Assembly: GCA_033442325.1 (NCBI GenBank)
Contig: JAWQFM010000008.1
Location: forward strand, 248,001 to 312,000
Source: Salpingoeca rosetta
Taxonomy: Eukaryota; Protista; Choanoflagellata
Direction: 5' to 3'
DNA length: 64,000 nt
Shown here: one piece after another, positions 37,097 to 64,000 of the stretch
Layout: each line of letters begins with the position of its first letter
Position numbering within the stretch: position 1 is the stretch's first letter
Program-made: the position numbers and the translations under genes
Notes under the pieces: generated by a model
What the model saw: only the letters and a program-made list of their open reading frames with translations
The model's database searches: none
Told to the model about the DNA's origin: nothing

Positions 37097-40000
37097 CACA
37101 CACACACACAAACACACAAGTCCACAGGAAATAAAGAGGGGGTACACAGAATAACCTCAAAAGGAGGAGGAAACTAAAGGTAGGTTGTGTCTGGGTGCAT
37201 TTGAAGAGACAAAGCCCATTGTCAAAGCATTTAAGACTTGGCAAGCAGCCTCTGACGAATGGCACTCAAGTTCATGTTGGTCGTCTTTGTACCACAAGGG
37301 CGATCAGAAGGGCACCGCAAGTGGGGATTACGAGAAAGCGACCGTTGTTGCAGACACGGAGAAAGGGACAAGATAGTGGTGGAGAAGAAGATGCGTCAGG
37401 AACCCATTCTGGAGGGCAACACCAACAAGGGCGGCATGGGCATTTATGCCTTTCGCTTCTATGGGCACAAACGCAGTACCTTGAAGAGTGCGGGCAGGAA
37501 GCTGAGGATGGCTGGATTTGCCGAGCACTTGCGCATGTACACCTCAATGAGATCCAGCAGCCTCAGCTTGAAGCGTGCGTTCTCCTGCCGGACGGCAGCC
37601 TGCTTTGGCTTTTTCGACAGCGCATGTTGGCGGAAATGCGCAGCAATCACATTGTCCACGGCCATCATCCTGTGCCCCGGCCCAACCAAGCGAAAATGGT
37701 AACATGAGCCTACCGCTAACAACAACATAAAACGAACCATACCGCCGGGCATAAAACCTTTCACTTCAACAAAGCCTCCAACAACACACACTCAAGCAAG
37801 GCAGCCCATCCACCAACACACGCGCACACACACACACACATACCGCTCATCGTCCCAGTCGGAGTCAGCGCCCTCGTCATCGTTGTCAACAACGTTACCC
37901 TCTTCATCAACGGGCAAGTTGAGGGCCTCACCGACCTTTGCCTTCAACTTGCGCAGCTGCTCCTCCTCGGTCATATCACCACGTTTTGCTCGCTTTGACG
38001 CAAGGCCGCTCGGGTTGCTTTCCCCACTGTCACTAGCTTCCATGTCGCTGTCGTCACTCTCATCGTCATCGTCATCACTCGAGTCATCGTCATCATCGTT
38101 GTCGTCCTCATCATCATCATCATCATCGTCGTCGTCGTCACCCTCATCATCATCCTCATCCATGTCTTCATCATCTTCATCGTCCTCCTCTGCTTCCATG
38201 CGGCGGATGGGCTTCGGGTCGGCAATCACCTCGCAAAGTAGATCAATTGCCCGGTCCGTCATGCTGTCGCACATCATGCTGAACACCTTGTTCACCACGT
38301 TGCGCAGCAGCGCAGATGGCTGCGCGATCATGCCCAACAGCACATCAACAAGCACCTGCCAACGCGTCGCGCACATGACGCGGTGATAAGCCGTGTGAGA
38401 AGCACATCAAACGGGAGCTGCTCGAGCAGTTACACGACCCATTCACACACAAACACACACACAAACACACAAACAAACATACATGCAACAACGAACTGAG
38501 ACAACAACGCATGAGGAAAAGAAAAAAACGAGGAGGGGGGTGTTGTAGATGTGTCTGGGTGCATTTGAAGAGACAGCGCTCATTGCCACGTTGGCGAGCA
38601 GCCTCTGACGAAAAGCACTCAAGTTCATGTTGGTCGCCATTGAACCACAGGGGTGGTCGAATGCACCGCAAGTGGGATTAACGAGAAAGCGACCATTTTT
38701 GGTTGGAGCAGGGAAAGGGAAACAAATGGGAAACTAAAGAGAGGAGACTTGAACGATGGAAGGAGGTGGGGCAGAGGGTGTACTGAGGTGCAAGATGGAG
38801 AGGGGGCAGATGCAGGACAAAGTTGCATGACACACAGCCATATAAAACCAAACACACGCGAAACGGGTCCAAACACACAGCATGGCACTGGGTCCCACCT
38901 CCATGGGGTCAACGTCGCTGTCAACATCGTCTTTGGGCTTTTGACTGCGTCGCCTCCTCATCTTGAGCTGAGCCTTCTTGATGATGCGCGCTTGCATGTC
39001 GTGGTATGACCCGTTCAGATCCGGCGCCGTGGCCACAACAGACTTGACATCCGAAAACACCTGCAGTGGAGTTGCGAGGGCATAATGAACAATGGCACCA
39101 GTCAGGTCGGCACCCTCCGTTGTGATCGCTCAGCAACACGCGCAGATGCAGTTCGATTGTCAATCTGACGCGGCACCCTCCAAATTGCTCACAGCCCACC
39201 CGCAGTCACAGACACACAGCAGTCACGGTCCACCACCAACCCACCATGGCGATGGTGTGCATGACGAGAAAGCGAAAGGCCTTGGCTGCCTGTTGCAGGG
39301 ACTTGACGACGTCCGCCTTGCCCTTGACTTCGCGCGGGAGCCTGGTGCCCTTGGAAATGTTCTTCAACTACCACCAAAACGCGGGAACACGAAAGGAACA
39401 GCGAGCGGTGAGAGTGATAAGGGTGGTGAGAGCAGGGAGGAAGGGAAGCAGGGCATCGACGTGTGACCAACACTGCGCAGCAATGATAAATGAGGGAGTT
39501 GCTTGATTTTGGTTCGCTACAGGAACACAACCACAACCATATCACAACTGCACCATGTACACACAATGGCCATGACCACAGCGTGCGTACCTCGGTGTTG
39601 AGCTTGACGAGGGCGTCGTATGCCTCTTTGACCTCGTCGGTCATTGGCGTCAGTAGTGGCGCCGAGTCGATCATGCGTTCCATCACATCGACAATCGCAG
39701 CGATCCGATACGTTCCATCCGCACGGCAACCGCTGAAGCGTGACCGGCCCTCGGGCACCTCTGCACATGCGCCACGTATACATGCAGGCGCATCACAGTG
39801 AGCTGAAACACGCCGCTACTTAAACATGTCGCCGAACAGCTGACAACAGCACGGCTGGCAGCTATCGCTTCTAGGTTATCAACGCATGACGTGCTCACCG
39901 TCAAAGGGCATCGCCGAGCAAAGATCGTTCACAAACGATTCATAGCGGGACTTGATCTTCGCCATGGTCCGGCGGTTCAGCGGGTGCTTCAATTCCTCCA

Positions 40001-40889
40001 CGATGCACACCTCGGCCAAGTCTACCAAAGCACACACAAGAATACACACAAGGGTGAGTTTGGCATTCACGCGTGCGACAACACAATACCAAATGGACCA
40101 ACCCACACACGCACCGCATCCCCTCCCACACACAATCCTCTCTCCACTGTGTGCCTACGGGCTCACCTCCGAGAGCAGCGTTGATGGCGTCAACGTGTCC
40201 GTTCACGTTGAAAAAGGAGTGAATCATGCAAAACGCGAGACACCCCATGGTCCAGTCCTCGGCCTTTGGGACCTTTGAACCACCGCGAAATAGTGCCATC
40301 ATCTGCAATACGAAGGCCATCAGTGTTAAAGGAACGCAAATGAGCGCTGGCGCCATTGTAGCATGAACTGAGGAGAGGCAAACAAGCACATGCACATGCA
40401 TGCGAACAAGCACACGCGTTGGCACGCGTCATGGGAACATACCTGATCCAGGGCGAAAATTCTTTGCTCTGCAACATACATGGCAATGGTCTCCTCTTCC
40501 AGTTCTGTTGTTGAATAAGCAGTTGCGTGAGGAGAAGCACAATTGTGGTAGCAAGTAAAACTCTCCCTTGCCTTGCAATCAGGCCATTGCAAACATGAAA
40601 AAAAAAACAAGCATGTCGGTGATCCTCGTCACCACACACGCAAGCACGCGTTGCGAGGAAGGCATGGAGACGTACTGCTTTCGTGCCGAATGGAGGGGTT
40701 GTTGAAAGTGCGCTGGAGACGGAGCACATACTCCCGGACTTCATCTGGCTTCAGCGTCGAAAGGATACCCTACAGGAGCAATCAGCGACCAAGATGCGCC
40801 AATGACATGTGAGAAAGAAGGCTCAAAACTCCGACAAAATAAAGCAGCTGAAGCGGTTGTTGTGACTGAAGAGAGAGAGAGAGAGAGAG

Positions 40890-40927
<38 letters not shown>

Positions 40928-42859
40928 AGGGAGCGCGCGCACTGTTGGCACTTACGCTGATGGTGCGAGTTTTGGTGAGCTGGTCCAGCTTGCGGGAGCC
41001 GTGTGGTCCGGTAAGGCGTGCGAGGAGATCGAGGCGAACGTTGCTTGGGGTGTCGTCCCCTTTCACCGCCTTCACGAGCGTCGCAAGCACTACCAAGTGA
41101 AATGAAAGTTGTGGAGACACGCAGTGAGCAACATCGTTGTCGACGTCGTACATGGTGATAATGCAGGCAGCAGGAAGAAGGCCACTAAATAGAGTCGTGG
41201 TTGTGCAACGTGGAGAAACGGGTGAAAGAGGGACAAACAGAAAAGGAAAGAGAAGGAAATGAGTGTAGGAAGGTTATCCTGACAGGCACCCATTGGCATG
41301 TGCCTTAGTGCCTGTCAGTCTTATCACCAGCCAGTCGATATTGGTCGGAAATTGAACTACGAAGGGCACGGAACTGGCCCAACACAGGATTAGCATGACG
41401 ACCGTGACAGGAGGGAGGAAGAAGGAAGAGGGTGACAGGGGGATGGATAGCGAGGGGACAGATAGAGGGGATGGGTGGATATAGGGGGAAGACGGAATCA
41501 AAGGAGCAGGGTGGGAAAAGGAAGTGCAAAGACCAGCGAGATAAGCAGTGGAGAACAAGAAAAAGTGAAGACGCAGCGGCCCGCATCCGCGCGATAGTGT
41601 AACTGCAAAAACACACACACAGTATGCGACGAAACACGTGCTGGCATACCTGCGTTTGCTGCACCATGAAGGTACTTTGTTGGGGCTGCCAGATTTGTCA
41701 TGAGGCAGGACATGACCATGGGGCTCAGCATGGCTTGAATCTGAACGTGTGCAGGTCCGACAGGCAGCAGCGTGGGGTTGTGCGTGTCAGAAGGGATTGG
41801 ACGATCGAGTAGGGACATCGATCAAATGAGCAGCAGACGAAGTGTTGGTACACGACACAAACATGAAAAAGGAAAAAAGACGAGAGGGGAAGAGCAAAGA
41901 CAAAAAGGAGGGTGTTGGGTCGAGCACAGGTTCAGAAGGACGAGACAACAGCCATCAGAACCGAAAAATGACCCAGGTTAATGTTTGCCGAAGTTCTGTC
42001 GAAATACACACGGGAAAGAAGTGCACATCGAAAACGATAATCGGCAGAGACACAAGCCAGGAGGGGGCGAGACGGGGATGGGGAAGCAAGCAAGGCAGAC
42101 AAGAACGCGGAGCTAAGAGACGGCAAGGCAGCGGGGTTGTGTGCAGAGAAACGGTGAAAGCTCACATCATAGGCGCTGCAGAGAGCACGCAAGCATGTTG
42201 AGACACCAGTGCTGGTTCGTCTACCTTTGCAGGGGACTTTGGGGCGATGAGGCGGATGAGGGCAAAAACGATGGCACGGCGCTCGTTGCGGACGTTGTCC
42301 TCTGCAAGAAGCGTCTTGTGCACGAGTGCAAGCCAAGCCATGGAGAAGGTTGAGTCCTGAGCCTCAGCGAGCGAGTAGCCGAGCATGAGCCAGAGCGGGT
42401 GCATGAGTTGCGCCTCCAGCACGGCGACGGTGAAAGCACCGAGCTTGTCGGCGTCAAAGCGCAGGATGGCCAGGCGGTCCTCAACGGCGTCGGTGCTCAC
42501 GCCCTTGGGCAGCTTGGCGGCGCCGTCGCGAAGGGCCTCCAGGTGCTTGCGCGATGCCATGAGGAAGCACATGTCTTGGGCAGACAAAATGTCGAGCGGC
42601 GCGGACGATGGCGCTGCGCCCTTATTCTTCTTTGTCTTGGTCTTGTCGGACTGCGGCATGATGCGTGTTGCAAGCGCGGGGAAGACCTCGCTCACAAACA
42701 CGTCTGTCGGCAGCGACTGGATCAGCTCGCAGATGACCTGTGTTGCTGGTGCAGTGACGTAGTTCTTGAACTCGCCAATGGCCAGCAGGTGCTCCATGAT
42801 GGTCTTGATGGCGCCCCGTTTGGGAGGGTTCTCATCCCGACACAACGCACGGCTGCGTA

Positions 42860-42903
<44 letters not shown>

Positions 42904-44258
42904 AGGGGGGACAGGAAAATGATGGAGGGCGGAGTGGTGAGTTGGAAACACAGTAAGTATATCATGTGTGCGTGTAAAGACAGGTGAAGATTCGCAACAT
43001 AAACGAGTTTGGGAAGGAAGCAAGGGGAAAGAGTGGCACCAAGACAAAAAGCATTCGTTTTTTCTCATCTTACCAAGGCACCGTATGAGAAGAGGCGGCC
43101 GTACTGGCACTCGCGTTTCTCTGCACCAGATGCACTGGACGAGGGCTTGTGCACTGACTCCACCATACCGATCACCTTTTGAATGGGGATCTAGGTTGAG
43201 GGGGGAAGCACGCCAACACACAATAACGTTGGAACCGGAGGGAAACAAGGATGAGTCATGGGAGAGAAGGCATGAACCGGAACGAAGACGGAGAGAGACT
43301 GAAAGAGAGAGATACAAACAAAAGAGAGCGAGACACAAGCAAATAGAGAGCCGTGGCAATGTGCAAGATTGTGGTTGTGGTTCTCAAGCAAATACATGCC
43401 GTGAAACACACCTGATGGACCGTTGCCAGGAGTTCAGTGAGAACGATGCCGAAGCCTTGGCGGGCGGCCTTGCGGTTGGATCCCATGCCACGCACGAGGC
43501 GCTTGAGAGAATACTCTGTATCTGGGCTTAACTCGTCCTCGGCTTGTTGCTCTTGGCTGAGGGAGTTGAGGGTGTTGGTGGAGTTGGGAGAAGGGAAGGC
43601 GTGTGAGCGGGTAGGGTGTGAACGAGAAGAGAAGAGCGAGAAAGGAGAAAGGTGATGAGCAAAACGACCGACCACCCTCACCACCACCACCACCACCACC
43701 ACCACCACACACACATGCACACACAAACAGACAACCAGCTGCACAACACAAGCGCACACGCACACAGGCACACCTTGCTTGAAGAAGCTGAATGATAGCG
43801 GCGCCTGCTTGGATGCGATCGACGGGGTTCAGCGACGCAAGATCCCAGAAACACTTCATGAGGCCCTGAGATGCAACCCTGCTTGAGTTGGCCTTGACGG
43901 CGGTCTCATCGTCGTCCTCATCCTCCTCATCGCTGTTGTCATCGGCATCATCTGCCTGCTGGTCCATGGCCTTGCTGTCCGCTGTGTTGTCCTCGTCGGA
44001 ACTTGCTTCGGGCTCCGATGCTGCTGCGTGGGCATCGTCGTTGTCGTCGTCTTCGTCATCGTCGTTGTAACGCGCCTTGTACTCACGCTTGAGAACGTGC
44101 ATCTCGTGCAAAGGTCCAAACTCGCCGTGGAGCAGCTCGTCTTGGGTGCGTGCTGGTAGTGTTGCTTTGATTGCCTTGGGTCTGCCTTCTTGGCGGCCCT
44201 TGCGCGCCACCTGCTTGCCTTGGTGGCTCTTCTTCGCCCTCTTCTTTGCTCCCGCCAT
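34869..44258 (-). CDS. MYBBP1A: Myb-binding protein 1A / Pol5 (ribosome biogenesis ARM-repeat protein), many exons
   Basis: FWDLASLNPVDRIQAG, EYSLKRLVRGMGSNRKAARQGFGIVLTELL, EKRECQYGRLFSYGAL, VLVDVLLGMIAQPSALLRNVVNKVF, acidic tract, FKLRLLDLIEVY, Lys-rich tail. Confidence 0.88.
37183..37344 (-). ncRNA. Candidate intronic box H/ACA snoRNA (paralog A1)
   Basis: Hairpin GGTCG..CGACC, H box ACATGA, second hairpin GAGTGC..GCACCC, terminal ACA. Near-duplicate of 38547-38695. Sense to the host gene. Confidence 0.7.
38547..38695 (-). ncRNA. Candidate intronic box H/ACA snoRNA (paralog A2), predicted LSU rRNA guide
   Basis: Hairpin-H(ACATGA)-hairpin-ACA. 5' pocket TCTCGTTAATC / TTCA is complementary to the conserved LSU motif UGAA-U-G-GAUUAACGAGA, with 14 nt to the H box. 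Confidence 0.8.
41261..41404 (-). ncRNA. Candidate intronic box H/ACA RNA (5' hairpin homologous to A1/A2, unrelated 3' hairpin)
   Basis: GGTCG..GCTAATCC..GTTCAAT..CGACC hairpin; perfect 11-bp stem CTGACAGGCAC/GTGCCTGTCAG; ACA 3 nt from the predicted end. H box is non-canonical (ATATCG). Confidence 0.6.
41910..42047 (-). ncRNA. Candidate intronic box H/ACA snoRNA (B)
   Basis: TGCCGA..TCGGCA hairpin with an internal loop, H box ACATTA 14 nt from the pocket, GGGTC..GACCC hairpin with GGTTC/GAACC upper stem, then ACA+3 nt. Confidence 0.72.
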
Positions 44259-44995
44259 GGTGCTGCTGCTGGATCGACGAATCAAACAACCAACCAACCA
44301 ACCAACCAACCACGTGCAGAAACGTGCGTGTGCGTGTGCGTGTGCGTGTATGCGTGTGTGCGTGTGGTGGTGTGGTGAGAAATGCACCGTGCATTAAGAC
44401 ACACGTGCGAGAGTGCTCACTGCACAAGTGAGAGGAGAGGAGCCTTTGCCAAGATTTCAGGAGATATCCGTGGCCACGTGGACGTGTTTTCTGCTACGCT
44501 TTGTGGTGTTGTAGCAGGTTCATGCCAAACATCGGGTGCGTCTGCATTCCCGGTGGCCCACTCACCGCTCCTGAGATTGCTCCCCACCACACACCCAATA
44601 TTCTGCCTTTTGAAAAACGTGTCTGACCCAAATAAACATTTTTGCAACGACCCCGTCCTCCCCACCACACTGCACAACCTGCCCTCACCCACCAACCCCT
44701 CCCACTCCAACGATGGCATCATCACACCACTCCCGATCAATCTCTNNNNNNNNNNNNNNNNNNNNNNNNNNNNNNNNNNNNNNNNNNNNNNNNNNNNNNN
44801 NNNNNNNNNNNNNNNNNNNNNNNNNNNNNNNNNNNNNNNNNNNNNTTCTATTCAGATTGGCGTTGAGCGTAGATCGTTCATCTTTCCGTCCCCTAGACAA
44901 CAACTCTCTGCACTACTCGCAACCGTGCTCCGCCGTATCTCGATACACTCCTCCGCTGGTGGCGTTCGCTGCGGGTCAGCGTCTTTTATCGCTAG

Positions 44996-48592
<3,597 letters not shown>

Positions 48593-48895
48593 TGACGTGC
48601 AAGACACACCAACCAACAATCTCATCGGCGACCGTACATTCTGCATACATACAGATGATGCGTGGCAACCGAAGTCGGAGTCAAATGACGCGGAGCCCGC
48701 AGGTACCCCCCCCCACACACACACACACGCACACGCACACACACACACACACACACACGCACACACGCACACACACACACACATGTCCTGACGTTGCTTC
48801 TTCCGCTTGTCACTCGCAACCTCAAGTGCAAGGTGCCCGGCGAACGGAGCCAGTTTTCGAGGAACAGCAGCTCCCACCTCGCGGCGAGGCTTTGA

Positions 48896-49057
<162 letters not shown>

Positions 49058-49119
49058 TGATGGCACCCACGAGCAGCAAGCCCTCAAAACATCAAGCAGA
49101 TGAGCAGGAACCAGAGAAC

Positions 49120-50399
<1,280 letters not shown>

Positions 50400-50781
50400 T
50401 GAACATGCGCTCCTGTGTGTGTATGCATATGTGTGTTTGTTTCTATGTATTTTTGCTTGCTTGCTTGTTTGTTCGTTCACTTTCCCCGTGGGCGTGCATG
50501 CTGATGCCAGTGTCGTGCCGATGCGTTGTTTCTCTGCTCATGCACGACGCTCACATAACACCACTGGCCACCGGTTGTGCAGGCGATCTGCCCAGTCCTT
50601 TCAGCCAAGCAAGCTGACCAGGCTCATCACAGCGTAGGAGGACATCTCAATTGTTCGTCAAGACCTCTGTAAGACTGCGCACACGGCATACCACATGGCG
50701 GGGTGTGCGTTCATCGTTTCTGACCTTTTCTTACTCACTGCGACGAAGTGTGGCACTTGCGACCCGTGTCAATGGGTGCCC

Positions 50782-51403
50782 GTGCGTGTGGGGCGCATCC
50801 TGTGTTAGTTTGAGGTGCGTAGTTTTGCCAGTTTTTCGTGTTGGACCGCCCCACACCGGGGTGCACGCATGCTTGCACATGGTGCGCCATATGGGGTGGT
50901 GCGTGTGTGGTGTGTTTGCGGTTACACCCTGCTCACTGTGACGCGTTCTGCTGCATATGAATGACGCTAGAGGGACCTGCGCGTGTGGCGCGCATCCGCG
51001 CTAGGTTTGAGGTGCGTAGTTTTGCCAGTTTTGTTGTTGGACCGCCCACACCAGGGTGCTCGCGCGCTTGCACATGGTGCGCCATATGGGGTGGTGCGTG
51101 TGTGGTGTGTTTGCGGTTACACCCTGCTCACTGTGACGTGTTCTGCTGCATATGAATGACACTAGGAGGGACCTGCGCGTGTGGGGCGCATCCTGTGTTA
51201 GTTTGAGGTGCGTAGTTTTGCCAGTTTTGGTGTTGGACCGCCCACACCGGGGTGCACGCGCGCTTGCACATGGTGCGCCATATGGGGTGGTGCGTGTGTG
51301 GTGTGTTTGCGGTTACACCCTGCTCACTGTGACGTGTTCTGCTGCATATGAATGACACTAGGAGGGACCTGCGCGTGTGGGGCGCATCCTGTGTTAGTCT
51401 GAG
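50782..51403 (+). repeat. ~195-bp tandem repeat, about 3.2 copies, subterminal in the MULE
   Basis: Unit gcgtgtggggcgcatcctgtgttagtttgaggtgcgtagttttgcc...gctgcatatgaatgac..gggacct recurs near 50782, 50979, 51174 and partially at 51369. Confidence 0.92.
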
Positions 51404-51882
51404 GATGCACGCGTCTTTGTAGTTCGAGACATGGTTGTTGATGTGGTTGAATAGCAATATAGAAGATCTCGTGCAGGGAATGTCACACCAAATAAAACCC
51501 GCACAGGCGGTTAACAGGGCCCTATTAAGTCACGCACACGCACACACACACGGACGCATACTTTCTCTCTCTCTCTCTCTCCCTCTCTCTTTCTCTCTCT
51601 CTCCGTCTGGCCGGGTTGTTGGTTGGTTTACATGAGTTAGAGGTGTCTGCTCAGACACTTTGGGCTTTGGTTGTTTTGCGGTGTGGCCGACTGGGAAAGG
51701 AGCTGATTTGCCAATTGCAGGTGCAATTACAGCCGAATGTGGGCCACCGGGAATGCAGACGCACCCCCAAAGATCGACTGAATTAAGTACATGTGGTGTC
51801 GTTCACAAAAATTCGCTGGACAGATAAAATCGCAACGAATCATTGAAAAATATTAAAAGAACGACCAAAAAGTAGGAGATCC

Positions 51883-51954
51883 CTCCCCCACGGGGAATCG
51901 AACCCCGACCCCGACGGTGAGAGCGTCGTATCCTAGCCATTAGACCATGGGGGA
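51883..51954 (-). tRNA. tRNA-Glu (CTC), identical to 10209-10280
   Basis: Identical 72-nt cloverleaf, with a T5 terminator downstream. Confidence 0.97.
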
Positions 51955-52001
51955 TCTCGACGGAGTGGAGACAAGTACTTATATGAAGTTTATTCATGTA
52001 A

Positions 52002-60752
<8,751 letters not shown>

Positions 60753-61208
60753 CTGCATCCCCGACCACGTTTCACTCCCCACCAAAAACAATACAAACCA
60801 AAGTCATGACGTGCTTGCAAGCAAGCAAAGGGTTTGCACCATGCAAACACGCGCTTGCACCGTGCAAACACGCGCTTGTTCATCCTCATGGCTCTGCCCA
60901 CGCCTTTGCGGGGTTGTTGTTGCTACGCCTCCCCCTCCTTTTTTTTTTTTTTTTTTTTGCCTTACATTTCTCGCCTCGCTGCTTTGAAGTGCACGGGGTG
61001 TCACATGCCGCTGCTGTGTGTTACTTGCCACCGTTCTGTTACTCGTGCCCCTGCAACTGCAAGACAAGAAGTGTGCCTCTTGTGCTGCAGGTACGAAGCG
61101 AAAGAGGTGGTATGACTTGTGCTCGTGTCGTGTATGAACTCCCACTCTCTCCTCATCACCTGTGTGTCTTGCATCCTCTTCAATTACAAACCGAAATTTC
61201 AATCAGAG

Positions 61209-61261
<53 letters not shown>

Positions 61262-61346
61262 TATCCTTCAAGCAAGGTAACAGAGCGGGTAACGGAGCAA
61301 AACACATCAACCTAAATTACACCCGAGCAGGCATGGCCGTGTCGGC

Positions 61347-63551
<2,205 letters not shown>

Positions 63552-63614
63552 CTTCCTTTTGTTGATTGACTTGGGGTTTGTTTGTGGAAAAGTAGTTGTA
63601 TCATTCTAAGTTTT

Positions 63615-63703
63615 CTACAAGCGAAGCAAGGCGAGGGGAACGGCTTGTGTGCCCATGCCCACAGCAAGGATGTGTGTTGGCTCGCTGTCAACACCACCAT
63701 TGC
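63615..63703 (-). CDS. Possible terminal exon of a gene lying mostly beyond the window end
   Basis: An acceptor-like ccag is followed by NGGVDSEPTHILAVGMGTQAVPLALLRL*, with intron-like TG-rich sequence upstream. No homology recognised. Confidence 0.3.
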
Positions 63704-64000
63704 TGGTGATGTGGTGGCGGTGGCGGTGGCAGAACACCATGGATGATAAGCGCAGGCCAAGAGGGGGAAGAGAGAGATTGGCGGAAAAGGGGGAGGGGAG
63801 CCATTGGATGACACGATGGTAAGGTGGAATGGACGTGAGTTGTGGAAAACGCAGTGCAAGAATGCGCGAACAACAACAACAACCACACAAGTCATGCATA
63901 CACACACGCACAAACACAAACACACGCACAAACACAAACACACAAGTCATGCGGAAACACACGCACACACACACACACGCACACACACACGCACACACAC

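Noticed and set aside
39100-39195. Duplicated 11-mer GGAGGGTGCCG followed by CAGA/CTGA, as a possible C/D snoRNA
   Set aside because: No convincing RUGAUGA C box and no recognisable target; unsupported without RNA data.
43073-43232. Non-repetitive island starting TCCAACGT (U17/snR30-like start) as an ncRNA
   Set aside because: It lacks the U17 m1/m2 motifs, and most of it is a MYBBP1A exon (IPIQKVIG..GRLFSYGAL).
50782-51403. Regular repeats as a possible CRISPR-like array
   Set aside because: The units are ~195-bp head-to-tail copies with no unique spacers and no cas genes, in a eukaryotic context.

Overview
Eukaryotic, intron-rich, gene-dense DNA in which nearly every intron carries (CA)n/(TG)n microsatellites. 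This style, the GC-rich codon usage and the holozoan gene set suggest a choanoflagellate such as Salpingoeca rosetta (inference). Most ORFs in the supplied track are microsatellite artefacts. After manual splicing, the window holds about 12 protein genes: USP12/46, UBXN11, a secreted CE15-like tandem esterase, a calmodulin-like protein, SAS10/UTP3, DEK with an HMG box, BRAP, a restriction-endonuclease-fold + kinase (Crinkler/FunK1-like) gene, a full-size PDR-type ABCG transporter, an S1P phosphatase, MYBBP1A/POL5, a PB1-GH116 fusion and COMMD4. It also holds three tRNA genes (2x Glu-CTC, 1x Val-TAC) and a complete but decayed ~7.2 kb Mutator-like transposon with 28-bp TIRs and a 9-bp TSD. Four candidate box H/ACA snoRNAs lie in MYBBP1A introns; three share a hairpin predicted to guide the LSU rRNA uridine equivalent to yeast 25S U2314. 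The most notable items are the REase-kinase effector-like gene with a tandem repeat, the intronic snoRNA cluster, the PB1-GH116 fusion, tRNA genes sitting directly upstream of mRNA genes, and introns with complementary GU/AC ends.
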